From contig CAYHGS010000002.1 of the NCBI GenBank assembly GCA_964356305.1, positions 3,060 through 67,059 of the forward strand: 64,000 nt of DNA, written 5' to 3'. Below the pieces are notes generated by a model. It saw only the letters and a program-made list of their open reading frames with translations. It was not told the DNA's origin and searched no databases. Numbering within the stretch: position 1 is the first letter of the stretch; the number at the start of each line of letters is the position of its first letter. The position numbers and the translations under genes were made by a program. Positions 18,543-27,609 of this stretch are shown here, one piece after another. This stretch comes from an uncultured Candidatus Peribacteria bacterium. GTDB taxonomy: Bacteria > Patescibacteriota > Gracilibacteria > UBA1369 > UBA12463.

Positions 18543-18616
18543 TGGAGCGGGTAACGGGAATTGAACCCGTTTCTTAACCTTGGGAAGGTCACATAATACC
18601 GTTATACGATACCCGC
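18543..18616 (-). tRNA. tRNA-Gly (anticodon CCC), CCA encoded
   Basis: The reverse complement is GCGGGTATCGTATAACGGTATTATGTGACCTTCCCAAGGTTAAGAAACGGGTTCAATTCCCGTTACCCGCTCCA. Anticodon stem TGACC/GGTTA with loop TT-CCC-AA. The acceptor and T-arm are nearly identical to the UCC isoacceptor at 1455-1529. Confidence 0.9.
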
Positions 18617-18650
18617 ATTGTATGCTCGGTCAATATCCAGTGGCGCAAGT

Positions 18651-18887
18651 TTAATAGATGTTGCCGCGATAATCTATATCGATAATTTCAACACCATTGT
18701 TTGATACCGTGTATATAATTCGAATCTTTCCCACTCTTAAGCGATAGTAGACGCCCGCTTCAGACTGCATCTTCTTCGCTCCTGGCATGGCAAAGGGATT
18801 TTCGCGAAGTTGTGACATTTTCAACTTGAGTTGTTGTCGAGCCTTAGCGTTTAGTCCTTGTAAAAATTTTGTAATTTTATCAGGCAT
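18651..18887 (-). CDS. type II toxin, RelE/ParE superfamily
   Basis: 78 aa. YYRLRVGKIRIIYTVSNNGVEIIDIDYRGNIY is a typical RelE/ParE C-terminal sheet. There is a 1 nt overlap with the upstream small gene. Confidence 0.6.
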   Translation of the reverse strand: MPDKITKFLQGLNAKARQQLKLKMSQLRENPFAMPGAKKMQSEAGVYYRLRVGKIRIIYTVSNNGVEIIDIDYRGNIY

Positions 18888-19108
18888 TACAGGGCGTCAA
18901 TAAAATCATCAATATGCACTCCGCGTCCGTTATTGTCGCGGGTGGCATTAAATATATTTCCTGCCTTGGTACCATTCTTTTTTTCTTCCATAAATGATCT
19001 AATAAGCGCAATCCTCACGAGTGAACTTGCGGGCACTCCGTACGATTTGGCCTTTTTATCAATAGCATTTTTTAACTTTTCATCTACATTGATTTGAAGC
19101 AATTTCAT
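18887..19108 (-). CDS. putative antitoxin (ribbon-helix-helix-like)
   Basis: 73 aa. MKLLQINVDEKLKNAIDKKAKSYGVPASSLVRIALIRSF resembles an RHH/CopG fold. Translationally coupled to the toxin. Confidence 0.45.
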   Translation of the reverse strand: MKLLQINVDEKLKNAIDKKAKSYGVPASSLVRIALIRSFMEEKKNGTKAGNIFNATRDNNGRGVHIDDFIDAL

Positions 19109-19176
19109 ATGAATATCATTATAATTACAGTGTTTTTATAGTTATATTATAGTCTTTTATATACTAAAGGTCAATA

Positions 19177-20529
19177 TTAGCTCTTTTGTTTTCTGACCCA
19201 CTCAATCGCCTCTTCTTTCGTGGTGATTTTTTTGGCGAGTTGGAGTTCGTAGAGTTGATGGAGGAGTTCGCCTAAACGTGGACCGGGACGGAGATTGAGG
19301 AGGTCCATGAGGTCGGTTCCGGTAACCAGTGGTTTTGGCGGATGAGGAGTATCTTCCAGATCGCGGCGATAGAGATCGAGAATTTGATAGTAGAGTTCGA
19401 AGTTTTCTGAGTCTTCTTTTTCTGAACCAGGACCGGCGTCAGTTCCGGCAGCATCGGCGTGGAAGACCTCCATGAGTTCAAGAAAGAGCGGATGATGAAA
19501 CCACTGAAGGCGTTTTTCAATGGGCATATCAATAAGTTGCACCATCATCATGTGATGCGTGGTCAGCCACATCACGTGATCGATCATGCGTCGTGGAAAT
19601 TTGAGTCGGGTCATGATGTCGTGTGCGATCTCGGCCGAACGCGTTGCGTGACCGTTAAAATGGATTCGATCGTTGCCGAGTTTGAAGGTATCGGGTTTTC
19701 CGATGTCATGAAGAATCGTGGCCCAGTGAACTTCGAGCGATGGCATGGGATGAGATTCGCGCTTGCGGAGGGATTCTATGCTGCGCATGGCGTGCTCCCA
19801 AACGTCACCCTCTTGGTGGTATTCAAGTGGCTGTGCTACGCCTTTCATAGCGATCATTTCGGGCATAATGTACTGCAAAATGCCGGCATCTTCCATCTCT
19901 TCAAAAGCCTTGCGCGGGTGCGGAGAGAGAATCATTTTATTCAATTCATCTGCGATTCGCTCGGGAGAATTTTTCGTAACGTGGGTGGCGAATTTTTTTA
20001 CCGCATTGTAGGTGTCGGGATGATACTGGAATTGAAACGTATTCTTCATGCGAATAGCGCGGAGAATTCTGAGGTAATCTTCTTCAATTCGTTTTTCCGG
20101 ATCGCCGATAAATCGAATTAATTTTGCGTCGAGGTCTTTCTGGCCATCGACATAATCATAGATCTTATCCGTGATTGGATCGTAAAAAAGTGCATTGATC
20201 GTGAAGTCGCGACGCTTCGCATCTTCTTCAGCAGAAGTGAATATTACCGCATCTGGACGACGTCCGTCCGATGAGGCTGCATCGGATCGGAACGTAGCAA
20301 TTTCAAAATGATGCTCCTCGATGATAGCGAGAATAACGCCGAATTTTTTTCCAATCGGAATTGTTTTTTCAAAAATAGCTTCTATCTCTTCCGGAAGTGC
20401 CGATGTGACAATATCAAAATCCTTCGGCGTAATTCCGAGCAACATATCGCGCACACATCCACCGGCCCAATAGGCTTGGTATCCTTTTTTCTGGAGCGTT
20501 TCGACGATGTTACGGGCGGTGATATGCAT
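19177..20529 (-). CDS. cca: CCA-adding tRNA nucleotidyltransferase with HD domain
   Basis: GGCVRDMLLG, RRDFTINALFYD and HD motif ATILHDIGKP. Confidence 0.85.
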   Translation of the reverse strand: MHITARNIVETLQKKGYQAYWAGGCVRDMLLGITPKDFDIVTSALPEEIEAIFEKTIPIGKKFGVILAIIEEHHFEIATFRSDAASSDGRRPDAVIFTSAEEDAKRRDFTINALFYDPITDKIYDYVDGQKDLDAKLIRFIGDPEKRIEEDYLRILRAIRMKNTFQFQYHPDTYNAVKKFATHVTKNSPERIADELNKMILSPHPRKAFEEMEDAGILQYIMPEMIAMKGVAQPLEYHQEGDVWEHAMRSIESLRKRESHPMPSLEVHWATILHDIGKPDTFKLGNDRIHFNGHATRSAEIAHDIMTRLKFPRRMIDHVMWLTTHHMMMVQLIDMPIEKRLQWFHHPLFLELMEVFHADAAGTDAGPGSEKEDSENFELYYQILDLYRRDLEDTPHPPKPLVTGTDLMDLLNLRPGPRLGELLHQLYELQLAKKITTKEEAIEWVRKQKS

Positions 20530-20558
20530 AACGTCCCTATTCTAACACAAGACTATTC

Positions 20559-20918
20559 CTAAACCCGCAAAGATTTTGGAACGCTACGCTCATAATCGGT
20601 ATAAATTACAAAGGCCAGGGCGAGAGCATGCTTCAATTCAGCAGTTAGCACGTCGGGCGCCTTCCCAATTGCCTGAATGCCAAGCGCACCTGCGAGCTGA
20701 AGGCAGGCTGGATAAAAGTCCGGACTTGTCGCATCGCTGGGAATTTGAGCGAGCATCAATTGTACTCTTTGTTTTTCCCGAAGCCTCGTTGTGGCCTGCT
20801 CATCAGCTGCTGACAATTGCCGAGGCTGCGCTGATGGCGTCTCTCTCGTGAGTGGCGCATCAGGCTGTCGTGCACGGGCACTTTTTGCTACAGGTAATCC
20901 ATGTTCTTTATCGCACAT
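20559..20918 (-). CDS. hypothetical protein (119 aa)
   Basis: ORF directly downstream of the 756 aa orphan (11 nt gap). Arg/Gln/Ala-rich N-terminal half. No motif recognised. Confidence 0.4.
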   Translation of the reverse strand: MCDKEHGLPVAKSARARQPDAPLTRETPSAQPRQLSAADEQATTRLREKQRVQLMLAQIPSDATSPDFYPACLQLAGALGIQAIGKAPDVLTAELKHALALAFVIYTDYERSVPKSLRV

Positions 20919-20929
20919 AGTAGGGGGGG

Positions 20930-23200
20930 TTAGGCCGCGACTTCCGCAGGAAGGAGCGGTGGAATAGATGTTAAAGTATGTCTCATAATTTGAAATGTCT
21001 GATATACGCGTGCGAGGAGTGCTCTGATTTCTCTATGAACGCCTCCATCTTCCTTCTCCTGGGCCTCAAACCACGCCCTGCAGAATTCTCCAATCATCTC
21101 TTCATGCAGCTTGAGATCCTCGATACTTGCCCTTGAATCCTCATCTCTATCGCTTACCCATGTCCCTATCGTAAGCGCATCGAGAAGACCGTGTTTCGCC
21201 AGGATGAAGCGGAATTCCTCCGTATACATCTCCATTAATGGCTTCAATGCGCCATTTAGGTGGGCATGAGCAGCCATTGTAGCCATAAATTGATATATGT
21301 CAATGTCTCCTATATCAGCACTTCCTAATTTATCCGTTCTTCCGGGAGACTTGTCCGCAATATCATAGGAGAGACCATACTGCCGAATCCCCGCGCCTCT
21401 CAGCATCATGCGAGAAGCAGCCTGTTCAATTTGATTCGTAGAAAAAGCTCCTTCCTCGAAGATCTGACCAACTTGTGTTGCCAATAATGTCGTAGCGCAC
21501 ACAATTCCGCAAAGCTCATTTGGCCACTCACCACTCGCCGTTATCTGGATATGATGATTTCCCATGAGTCCCGATGATCGCAAAAGTTGCACTATAGCTT
21601 TCTGCTCAAAAGACGTTGGCGTTGGCGGAAGGACAATTGCTTGCTGCGCATGTGCGCTCTGAAATCCGGTCGAATAAATTCCAAGTCCGGCGAGAACCTC
21701 CATCACTTTTCCACTAATTCTGCCTTCTATATGAAGTTTTGATCCTACGGGCATGAGCATTTTAGACTCTTCATATGCCCTCGTTATCATCTCATCTGCC
21801 TCGGAAATTACTTTATCCGTATTGGAAGCAGCAATGTCGTCAGCAAGGCACTGCTCCAAAGCATTTCTCTGTCCTACTATTGTGGTGAGGGCACCTGCGT
21901 TTGGTCCATCGAGCAGCAATAGTCCATCTCTCTGTGCAAGCGCAACCACTGGCGCAAATCGACTCGTCCCTGTTTTTGTACCTGCAGTGAGCTCAACTAA
22001 TGGCAGTAATTTTTCTAACTGAAATAAATCATAAAATTTCGCAAATATATCTGGAAATCTATGTGCCATTTCTTTTGCTACCTCGATTCTCTCACGAAGA
22101 CCTCTACCAACCCCATCTGTCACGCTATCCCGAACCATTATCCGAACCATCTCCTTGTGAATATTATTAATCTCATCCTGCAATGCCATAAATTCTAATA
22201 ATTTTTCTCCGAATTTTCCGGATCCATTGAGGAGTCCGGCTCCATACAGGAGATCGATGAGCGCTTCTGGCTTATCTCGCATAATAATCCATACACTATA
22301 ATCATCCATTATTTCCAACTCTACTATTTTCCTACAAAGGTCGATCAGTTCTCCGATCCGAATTACCCCTCTTGAACTTTCTTCCCTCAACCATGCATCA
22401 AGTCCGCATGTTGCTACGTCGTACATTCTTTTTTTCTTTTCTTCATCTTGGAATCCATTTGCAATTTCATCAACTTTTTCCTGGAAGGAATCCGATGCCG
22501 TTGCGGTAAGATTCAGCCGCACATACAAGCGAAAATCCGCCTCTGTCACTGATGCAGCGTTTTCATAAATGGCTATCATTTCATCTATTTTTCCCTCAAA
22601 CATTTGCGGCCAGCGTGCATAATCATAGAGCGCCTCACGCTCGCATTCGTAGAAACATGATTCTCTGCATAAATCATCCTGAACGGTATACAATAACTCT
22701 CCCATTTTTCTGAATACCAACTCACCATGTTCTTTTGGAATATGTCCGTCGGCAATGTCGTGTACAAAAAAATACTCGAATCCACTTAATGCGTATTGCA
22801 TAGCCCACTCGAGAAATGTCTCAGGGTGTCCATCAAAAAAATCATATAGCTCCTCGAATTCGGTGAAGAATGAATCAAAAGCGGTATGCTCCCATGGATG
22901 ATCGAGTACTTTTTTCAGAAGCTGAATAAGCCGATCGCCGGTGTACCCCATCTTAATCATTTTCAAAATTCCATCTGTTACGCTAAATTCTCCGCCGATA
23001 TCTTTGCCTGGCTCGAGCGATACTAGAATCATATTTTCCGCCCTTCCCGAGAGGTTGTTATGTACCGCTACGATAATTTTTTGCAGCGTAGGATCCAGGT
23101 GCGCGATCGGCGTCAGATCTATGGTCGCTAGGTTCGACGGAAGAGACGGATCTTGCAAATCTTCGTGAGTTAGTTCGTGCGATGTTTGTGGGGTTTGCAT
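20930..23200 (-). CDS. large hypothetical protein (756 aa), no recognisable domain
   Basis: Long uninterrupted ORF with no signal peptide or TM segment, apparently helical. I recognise no catalytic motif. Confidence 0.6.
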   Translation of the reverse strand: MQTPQTSHELTHEDLQDPSLPSNLATIDLTPIAHLDPTLQKIIVAVHNNLSGRAENMILVSLEPGKDIGGEFSVTDGILKMIKMGYTGDRLIQLLKKVLDHPWEHTAFDSFFTEFEELYDFFDGHPETFLEWAMQYALSGFEYFFVHDIADGHIPKEHGELVFRKMGELLYTVQDDLCRESCFYECEREALYDYARWPQMFEGKIDEMIAIYENAASVTEADFRLYVRLNLTATASDSFQEKVDEIANGFQDEEKKKRMYDVATCGLDAWLREESSRGVIRIGELIDLCRKIVELEIMDDYSVWIIMRDKPEALIDLLYGAGLLNGSGKFGEKLLEFMALQDEINNIHKEMVRIMVRDSVTDGVGRGLRERIEVAKEMAHRFPDIFAKFYDLFQLEKLLPLVELTAGTKTGTSRFAPVVALAQRDGLLLLDGPNAGALTTIVGQRNALEQCLADDIAASNTDKVISEADEMITRAYEESKMLMPVGSKLHIEGRISGKVMEVLAGLGIYSTGFQSAHAQQAIVLPPTPTSFEQKAIVQLLRSSGLMGNHHIQITASGEWPNELCGIVCATTLLATQVGQIFEEGAFSTNQIEQAASRMMLRGAGIRQYGLSYDIADKSPGRTDKLGSADIGDIDIYQFMATMAAHAHLNGALKPLMEMYTEEFRFILAKHGLLDALTIGTWVSDRDEDSRASIEDLKLHEEMIGEFCRAWFEAQEKEDGGVHREIRALLARVYQTFQIMRHTLTSIPPLLPAEVAA

Positions 23201-23341
23201 AAGTGCTGTATTTTAGCATATTTTATGTTTTTAGCAATGTTTTGTGGTGCAAAGCTGGCTGTGCTGATAAGTAGCCTTGCGAAGTTTGTCTTTTTTTAAG
23301 CTAATACGGTACTATGAGAGTAATTTCCTATCCTCATTCTC

Positions 23342-24277
23342 ATGAATCCAAAACTACGCAAAAATCGCATTATCATGGCTTCGATTATCGCACTCGTTTC
23401 CGTTCTGCTTGTTGTTAGGATTATATGGCTGGTTCCCGTGAGTAAGGTCAAGGTGACTGTGAGTGAAAAAGCCAAAGCGAGCGATGCTGTTTTGGTTGCC
23501 ACTGATATTACAGGAGCGACGGATAGATCGGATGCCAACGATCGAGAAAGTACCTATGAAATTCGCAGTATTGATACTGGCACACTTTCTCAACATACCA
23601 TCGGTAAAATTTCTTCGAGTATTTTTTCTCATGCTTTTGCGGTGAATCAATCGAATGAACTTTTTTATATTAATGCGGATGGACAGTTGGAGAGTCATCA
23701 TGTGAATACCAGTTTAAATACGATCGTTCCGATTCCGGATATCAAAGCGGTTTTTGGATTTTTTGGTGATCATAGCGTGAAGGATTTCTTGTTGAGTGGC
23801 GATACAATTGTATATTTCCAGGGTGGATGTGGTGATAGTGCGAGATGCGATTTGAAGTTGTATGACTTGAAAACAAAAAAGTCGACAACAATTCTGGCAA
23901 ATTTAGAAAAAAAATTGTCGGTTGTTGGTGAGACGGCAATTGATTTACAATCATATGACCCTGTGCAGAAAGTAGTGACTCTGCGAAAAACGCGTAATAC
24001 GGCCGCAAATGGCTATGCGGATCTGATTGAAATTGACGCGAAAGGGGTGGATAACTTTGCGAAAACCGTTGAGTTTACTTCTGATGTTGCAAGTAGCCTG
24101 GCAGTATTTACGAAGACGCTTGCGTGTGGAAATGCGAACGCGATACAAAAACTTGTTTCGGAAGTTGAAAATGGCGATGCGGTAATGCGAACCAAAGTTG
24201 TGAGCGGAAATGGTAGCGAAATTTTGGTACAGACGCCATCGTATATTGTGGGGTGCGTGGTAGTGGGAAAATCGTAG
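23342..24277 (+). CDS. membrane-anchored hypothetical protein
   Basis: N-terminal TM helix (IIMASIIALVSVLLVVRIIWLV) followed by a probably extracytoplasmic beta-rich domain. Confidence 0.5.
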   Translation: MNPKLRKNRIIMASIIALVSVLLVVRIIWLVPVSKVKVTVSEKAKASDAVLVATDITGATDRSDANDRESTYEIRSIDTGTLSQHTIGKISSSIFSHAFAVNQSNELFYINADGQLESHHVNTSLNTIVPIPDIKAVFGFFGDHSVKDFLLSGDTIVYFQGGCGDSARCDLKLYDLKTKKSTTILANLEKKLSVVGETAIDLQSYDPVQKVVTLRKTRNTAANGYADLIEIDAKGVDNFAKTVEFTSDVASSLAVFTKTLACGNANAIQKLVSEVENGDAVMRTKVVSGNGSEILVQTPSYIVGCVVVGKS

Positions 24278-24316
24278 CCGCGATTGTCGTGCTCGTGGTA
24301 ACACCCAATCTTACAC

Positions 24317-24345
24317 TTGCACGCGCATGTGTTTTATTCTAGAAT
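24317..24345 (+). promoter_or_regulatory. sigma70-type promoter TTGCAC-17-TAGAAT
   Basis: -35 TTGCAC at 24317-24322, a 17 nt spacer and -10 TAGAAT at 24340-24345. Lies 33 nt upstream of the AbiEi-like start. Confidence 0.5.
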
Positions 24346-24376
24346 TGCCGTGTTTTTGAACGTATTATCTGAAATA
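24331..24376 (+). repeat. 46 nt repeat, copy 1 (45/46 identical to 60826-60871)
   Basis: gttttattctagaattgccgtgtttttgaacgtattatctgaaata. The second copy differs only at g/a in position 28. Confidence 0.9.
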
Positions 24377-24377
24377 A

Positions 24378-25046
24378 ATGACATTTCCGTCCGGAGTTTG
24401 CTTCACGAAAGAGGATCTAATAAACGGGACTCCTCGAATGCGGAAAGATCATATTCAACGCGCCCTCGATCGAGGCGGAATTCTTCATCTCAAGAATGGT
24501 CTCTATATAACGGCGAGTTCGTATCTCAATGAACCGGACAAAACGAAACTTACTGAATATATGGCCTCGCGACTCTACGCGCCTTCGTATATTAGCCTTC
24601 AATATGTTTTAGAGAAGCATCACCTCTTGTTTCGGACAGAAAATGATCCGCCTGTAGTCACCTCCATTACATCAAAAACTACCCGTGCATTTACCAATTT
24701 CGCAGGAAATTTCTCATATTCACACGTTAAACCATCTATTTATTTTGGATTTGAAGAGGCCACATTTTATAATCAGATTTATCGTGTGGCGACGAAGGCG
24801 AAGGCTCTGTTTGATTATTTTTATCTGAGTGCTGACTTAGACTGTAGGAATGAAAAACGTCTCAAGCATCAGCTTTTTGAGGAGTCCCCGCTTCAGTGGA
24901 GTAATTTTTCCGAGGAGGATTTTGTAAAATTTGATCGTTACGTTTGGGATTCGAATTCATTCAAAATGATGACCGTACGACGTGTTATCGGGCGATATTT
25001 TGAAGGGAAAAAGTTTGATAAGTGGGCGAAAGCACTACTGAGATAG
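24378..25046 (+). CDS. AbiEi-like (type IV TA antitoxin family) protein, no adjacent AbiEii
   Basis: FTKEDL...RALDRGGILHLKNGLYI and YAPSYISLQYVLEKHHLL...VTSITSKTTRAFTNFAGNFSYSHVK follow the AbiEi_4 pattern (RGxY ... SYISLESAL ... ITS). Confidence 0.55.
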   Translation: MTFPSGVCFTKEDLINGTPRMRKDHIQRALDRGGILHLKNGLYITASSYLNEPDKTKLTEYMASRLYAPSYISLQYVLEKHHLLFRTENDPPVVTSITSKTTRAFTNFAGNFSYSHVKPSIYFGFEEATFYNQIYRVATKAKALFDYFYLSADLDCRNEKRLKHQLFEESPLQWSNFSEEDFVKFDRYVWDSNSFKMMTVRRVIGRYFEGKKFDKWAKALLR

Positions 25047-25106
25047 CCTCTTTGCAATTATTTAGCTTTCGACTATAGTGTGAGAGATATATTTTAGCTA
25101 CCTATT

Positions 25107-26144
25107 ATGAAAATCCTTGCCATTGAATCTTCGTGTGATGAAACATCTGCTGCCGTCGTAGAGAATGGAACAAAAGTATTATCAAATGTGATTGCTTCAC
25201 AGGCGAAGATTCACGACAAGACCGGTGGTGTGGTACCGGAGGTTGCGGCGAGAGAGCACGTAAATGCCATTATGCCGGTTATCGAGAAGGCGCTGAGCGA
25301 TGCCGGAATCAAGTTAGAAAAAATTGATGCGTTGGCAGTTACGTACGGACCAGGTTTGGGGGTTGCGTTGGTAATCGGAACTTCTGTGGCTAATATGCTC
25401 TCGTTGGTTATGCAAAAACCGCTTATTCCGGTGAAGCATATATATGGACACGTATATGCTCCGTGGCTCGAGGCGAAGAAGGGTGTGCAGTTTCCTCTTA
25501 TGAGTCTGAGTGTGAGCGGCGGACATAATGAGTTATTTTTGATGATGGGGCACCATGAATTCGAAGTGTTGTGCGAGACGGCAGATGATGCGGCGGGTGA
25601 GGCTTTTGACAAAGTTGCGCGTCTGTTGGGTCTCGGCTATCCGGGAGGCCCTTTGATAGAGGCTGCTGCGAAAAAGGGAGATGCGCATGCGTTTGTATTT
25701 CCTCGAGCTTCTTTCTCTGACGGACGATTGGATTTTAGTTTTTCCGGACTGAAAACGGCAATTTTGTATCATTTACAAAAAAATAAATCGAAGCTGAAGG
25801 ACAAGAAGTTCCTAGCTGATACGGCCGCCAGCTTCCAGATTGCCGTGATTGATGCCCTGACGTCGAGACTATTTATGTTGCTTGATGCTCATCACGAGGT
25901 AAAAGAAGTTCATTTGACGGGTGGAGTTTCGGCTAATTCCGCTCTCCGAGGTGCAATCGAGCACGGATTGAAAATCTGGAACAAGCAGAACGACATGAAA
26001 GTGATATTCCGAGTGCCGGCACAAATGGCATACTGTACCGATAATGCCGCTATGATTGGCGCTGCGGCGTACTTTCAGTATCAAAAATCTCCGGAGAAAT
26101 ACAAGGAGTTCCGCTTTGTAGAGCCAAAGGCTTCTTTTGCGTAG
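25107..26144 (+). CDS. tsaD: tRNA N6-adenosine threonylcarbamoyltransferase
   Basis: ILAIESSCDETSAAV N-terminus, the ASKHA fold and a GG(V/H)SAN motif (TGGVSANSALR). Confidence 0.9.
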   Translation: MKILAIESSCDETSAAVVENGTKVLSNVIASQAKIHDKTGGVVPEVAAREHVNAIMPVIEKALSDAGIKLEKIDALAVTYGPGLGVALVIGTSVANMLSLVMQKPLIPVKHIYGHVYAPWLEAKKGVQFPLMSLSVSGGHNELFLMMGHHEFEVLCETADDAAGEAFDKVARLLGLGYPGGPLIEAAAKKGDAHAFVFPRASFSDGRLDFSFSGLKTAILYHLQKNKSKLKDKKFLADTAASFQIAVIDALTSRLFMLLDAHHEVKEVHLTGGVSANSALRGAIEHGLKIWNKQNDMKVIFRVPAQMAYCTDNAAMIGAAAYFQYQKSPEKYKEFRFVEPKASFA

Positions 26145-26216
26145 CCTATGTTGATTTTGCTGATTTCTGTGCTATAATTACGGTCGCTGTCTTCTTTTAT
26201 ATAATGAATTTTTCTT

Positions 26217-27581
26217 ATGGCTGACGATACTAATCTCGCTGACGATCAAGAGTCCCCTGGTTCTATGGGCCCTCCATACCAGACACCGAAGGGTGTTCAT
26301 GATATCTTGCCGGCCGATCACGAGTATTATACCTATATCAAAAAGGTAGTTCGTCACCGTTTGCGACAGGCAGGTTTTCGTCGTATCTCTACGCCGATTT
26401 TTGAGTTTACGAGTGTGTTTACGAGAAGTCTGGGTGAGACGACCGATATCGTTTCGAAGGAGATGTATACCTTTCAAGATAGAAAGGGTCGCAGTTTAAC
26501 ATTGAAACCGGAAAGTACCGCAGGAGTTGTCCGTGCGTACTTGCAGAATAATATGCAAGCGCTTGCTCAGCCTGTTCAGCTCTATTATATCGAACCACAC
26601 TTCCGATATGATCGCCCTCAAAAAGGTCGATACCGTCAGTTTTGGCAGTTCGGTATGGAAGTTATTGGAGAGAGCGATCCAGCTCTAGATGCTCAGGTTA
26701 TTCAACTTGCTATTCGCATTTTGAAAGATTTGGGAATCGCTGATTTGTTTACGCTCCAGTTAAATAGCATCGGTACGCCGGAATCACGAAAGAAATATAT
26801 TGCCGCGTTGCAGGATTATTATTTTGGAAAAGAAAGACATTTGTGTGAAAACTGCCGAGCAAGACTCGGGACCAATCCTTTGCGATTACTTGATTGTAAG
26901 GAGGAGGACTGTGTTGTTTTGGCTAAGTTGGCACCTTCGTTGGCTCAGTATCTCGATGATGAGTCGAAAGAGTTCCATGCCGATTTGAAGGAGTTTTTGG
27001 ATGAGATGGGAATTAAATATGTAGAAAATTCACGATTAGTTCGTGGGCTCGATTATTATTCCAAGACCGTTTTTGAGTTCTGGGATGCATCATTGGGTGC
27101 ACAGAACGCCATCGGTGGTGGTGGAAGATATGACGGTTTGGTTGAGTTGATGGGTGGAAATCCGACTCCGGCTGTTGGTTTTGCGGCAGGCATCGAACGT
27201 ATTATTGCGAATATGAAGCGAGCAAAAGTTCGCGTTCCCCACAAAGATGAACTTCACGTATTCGTAGCTCAACTTGGAAAAGAGGCGAAGAAAAAATGTC
27301 TTCCATTAATCATGGAGATGCGCGAACGTGGCATCAAGACGGTTGGAGCGCTTGGAAAAGGCTCGATCGGAACACAGTTAAAAATTGCGGATAAATTCGG
27401 CGCACCATGGACGATTATTATGGGACTGACCGAAGTACGGGAGGGTGTAGCGATTATTCGCGATATGTCCGTCGGTACTCAGATCAAAGTAAAATTCGAA
27501 GACACTCTTGAAAAAATGATTGAGTTAATCGGCGAAGAAAACTTGGATAATTATAGTCCGGGAGAGTTGCTGTATAGTTAA
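26217..27581 (+). CDS. hisS: histidine--tRNA ligase
   Basis: Class II aaRS motifs, KEMYTFQDRKGRSLTLKPESTAG, GGGGRYDGL and a C-terminal anticodon-binding domain. Confidence 0.9.
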   Translation: MADDTNLADDQESPGSMGPPYQTPKGVHDILPADHEYYTYIKKVVRHRLRQAGFRRISTPIFEFTSVFTRSLGETTDIVSKEMYTFQDRKGRSLTLKPESTAGVVRAYLQNNMQALAQPVQLYYIEPHFRYDRPQKGRYRQFWQFGMEVIGESDPALDAQVIQLAIRILKDLGIADLFTLQLNSIGTPESRKKYIAALQDYYFGKERHLCENCRARLGTNPLRLLDCKEEDCVVLAKLAPSLAQYLDDESKEFHADLKEFLDEMGIKYVENSRLVRGLDYYSKTVFEFWDASLGAQNAIGGGGRYDGLVELMGGNPTPAVGFAAGIERIIANMKRAKVRVPHKDELHVFVAQLGKEAKKKCLPLIMEMRERGIKTVGALGKGSIGTQLKIADKFGAPWTIIMGLTEVREGVAIIRDMSVGTQIKVKFEDTLEKMIELIGEENLDNYSPGELLYS

Positions 27582-27609
27582 AATTTTTTGGTCGTGTTAT
27601 ACTTAGCAC

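Noticed and set aside
24317-24532. 71 aa plus-strand ORF (MHAHVFYSRIAVFLNVLSEI...), whose peptide FYSRIAVFLNVLSEI is also encoded at 60820-60873
   Set aside because: The shared peptide is just the translation of the 46 nt repeat. The ORF overlaps the promoter and the better-supported AbiEi-like frame, and the second copy has no start codon.
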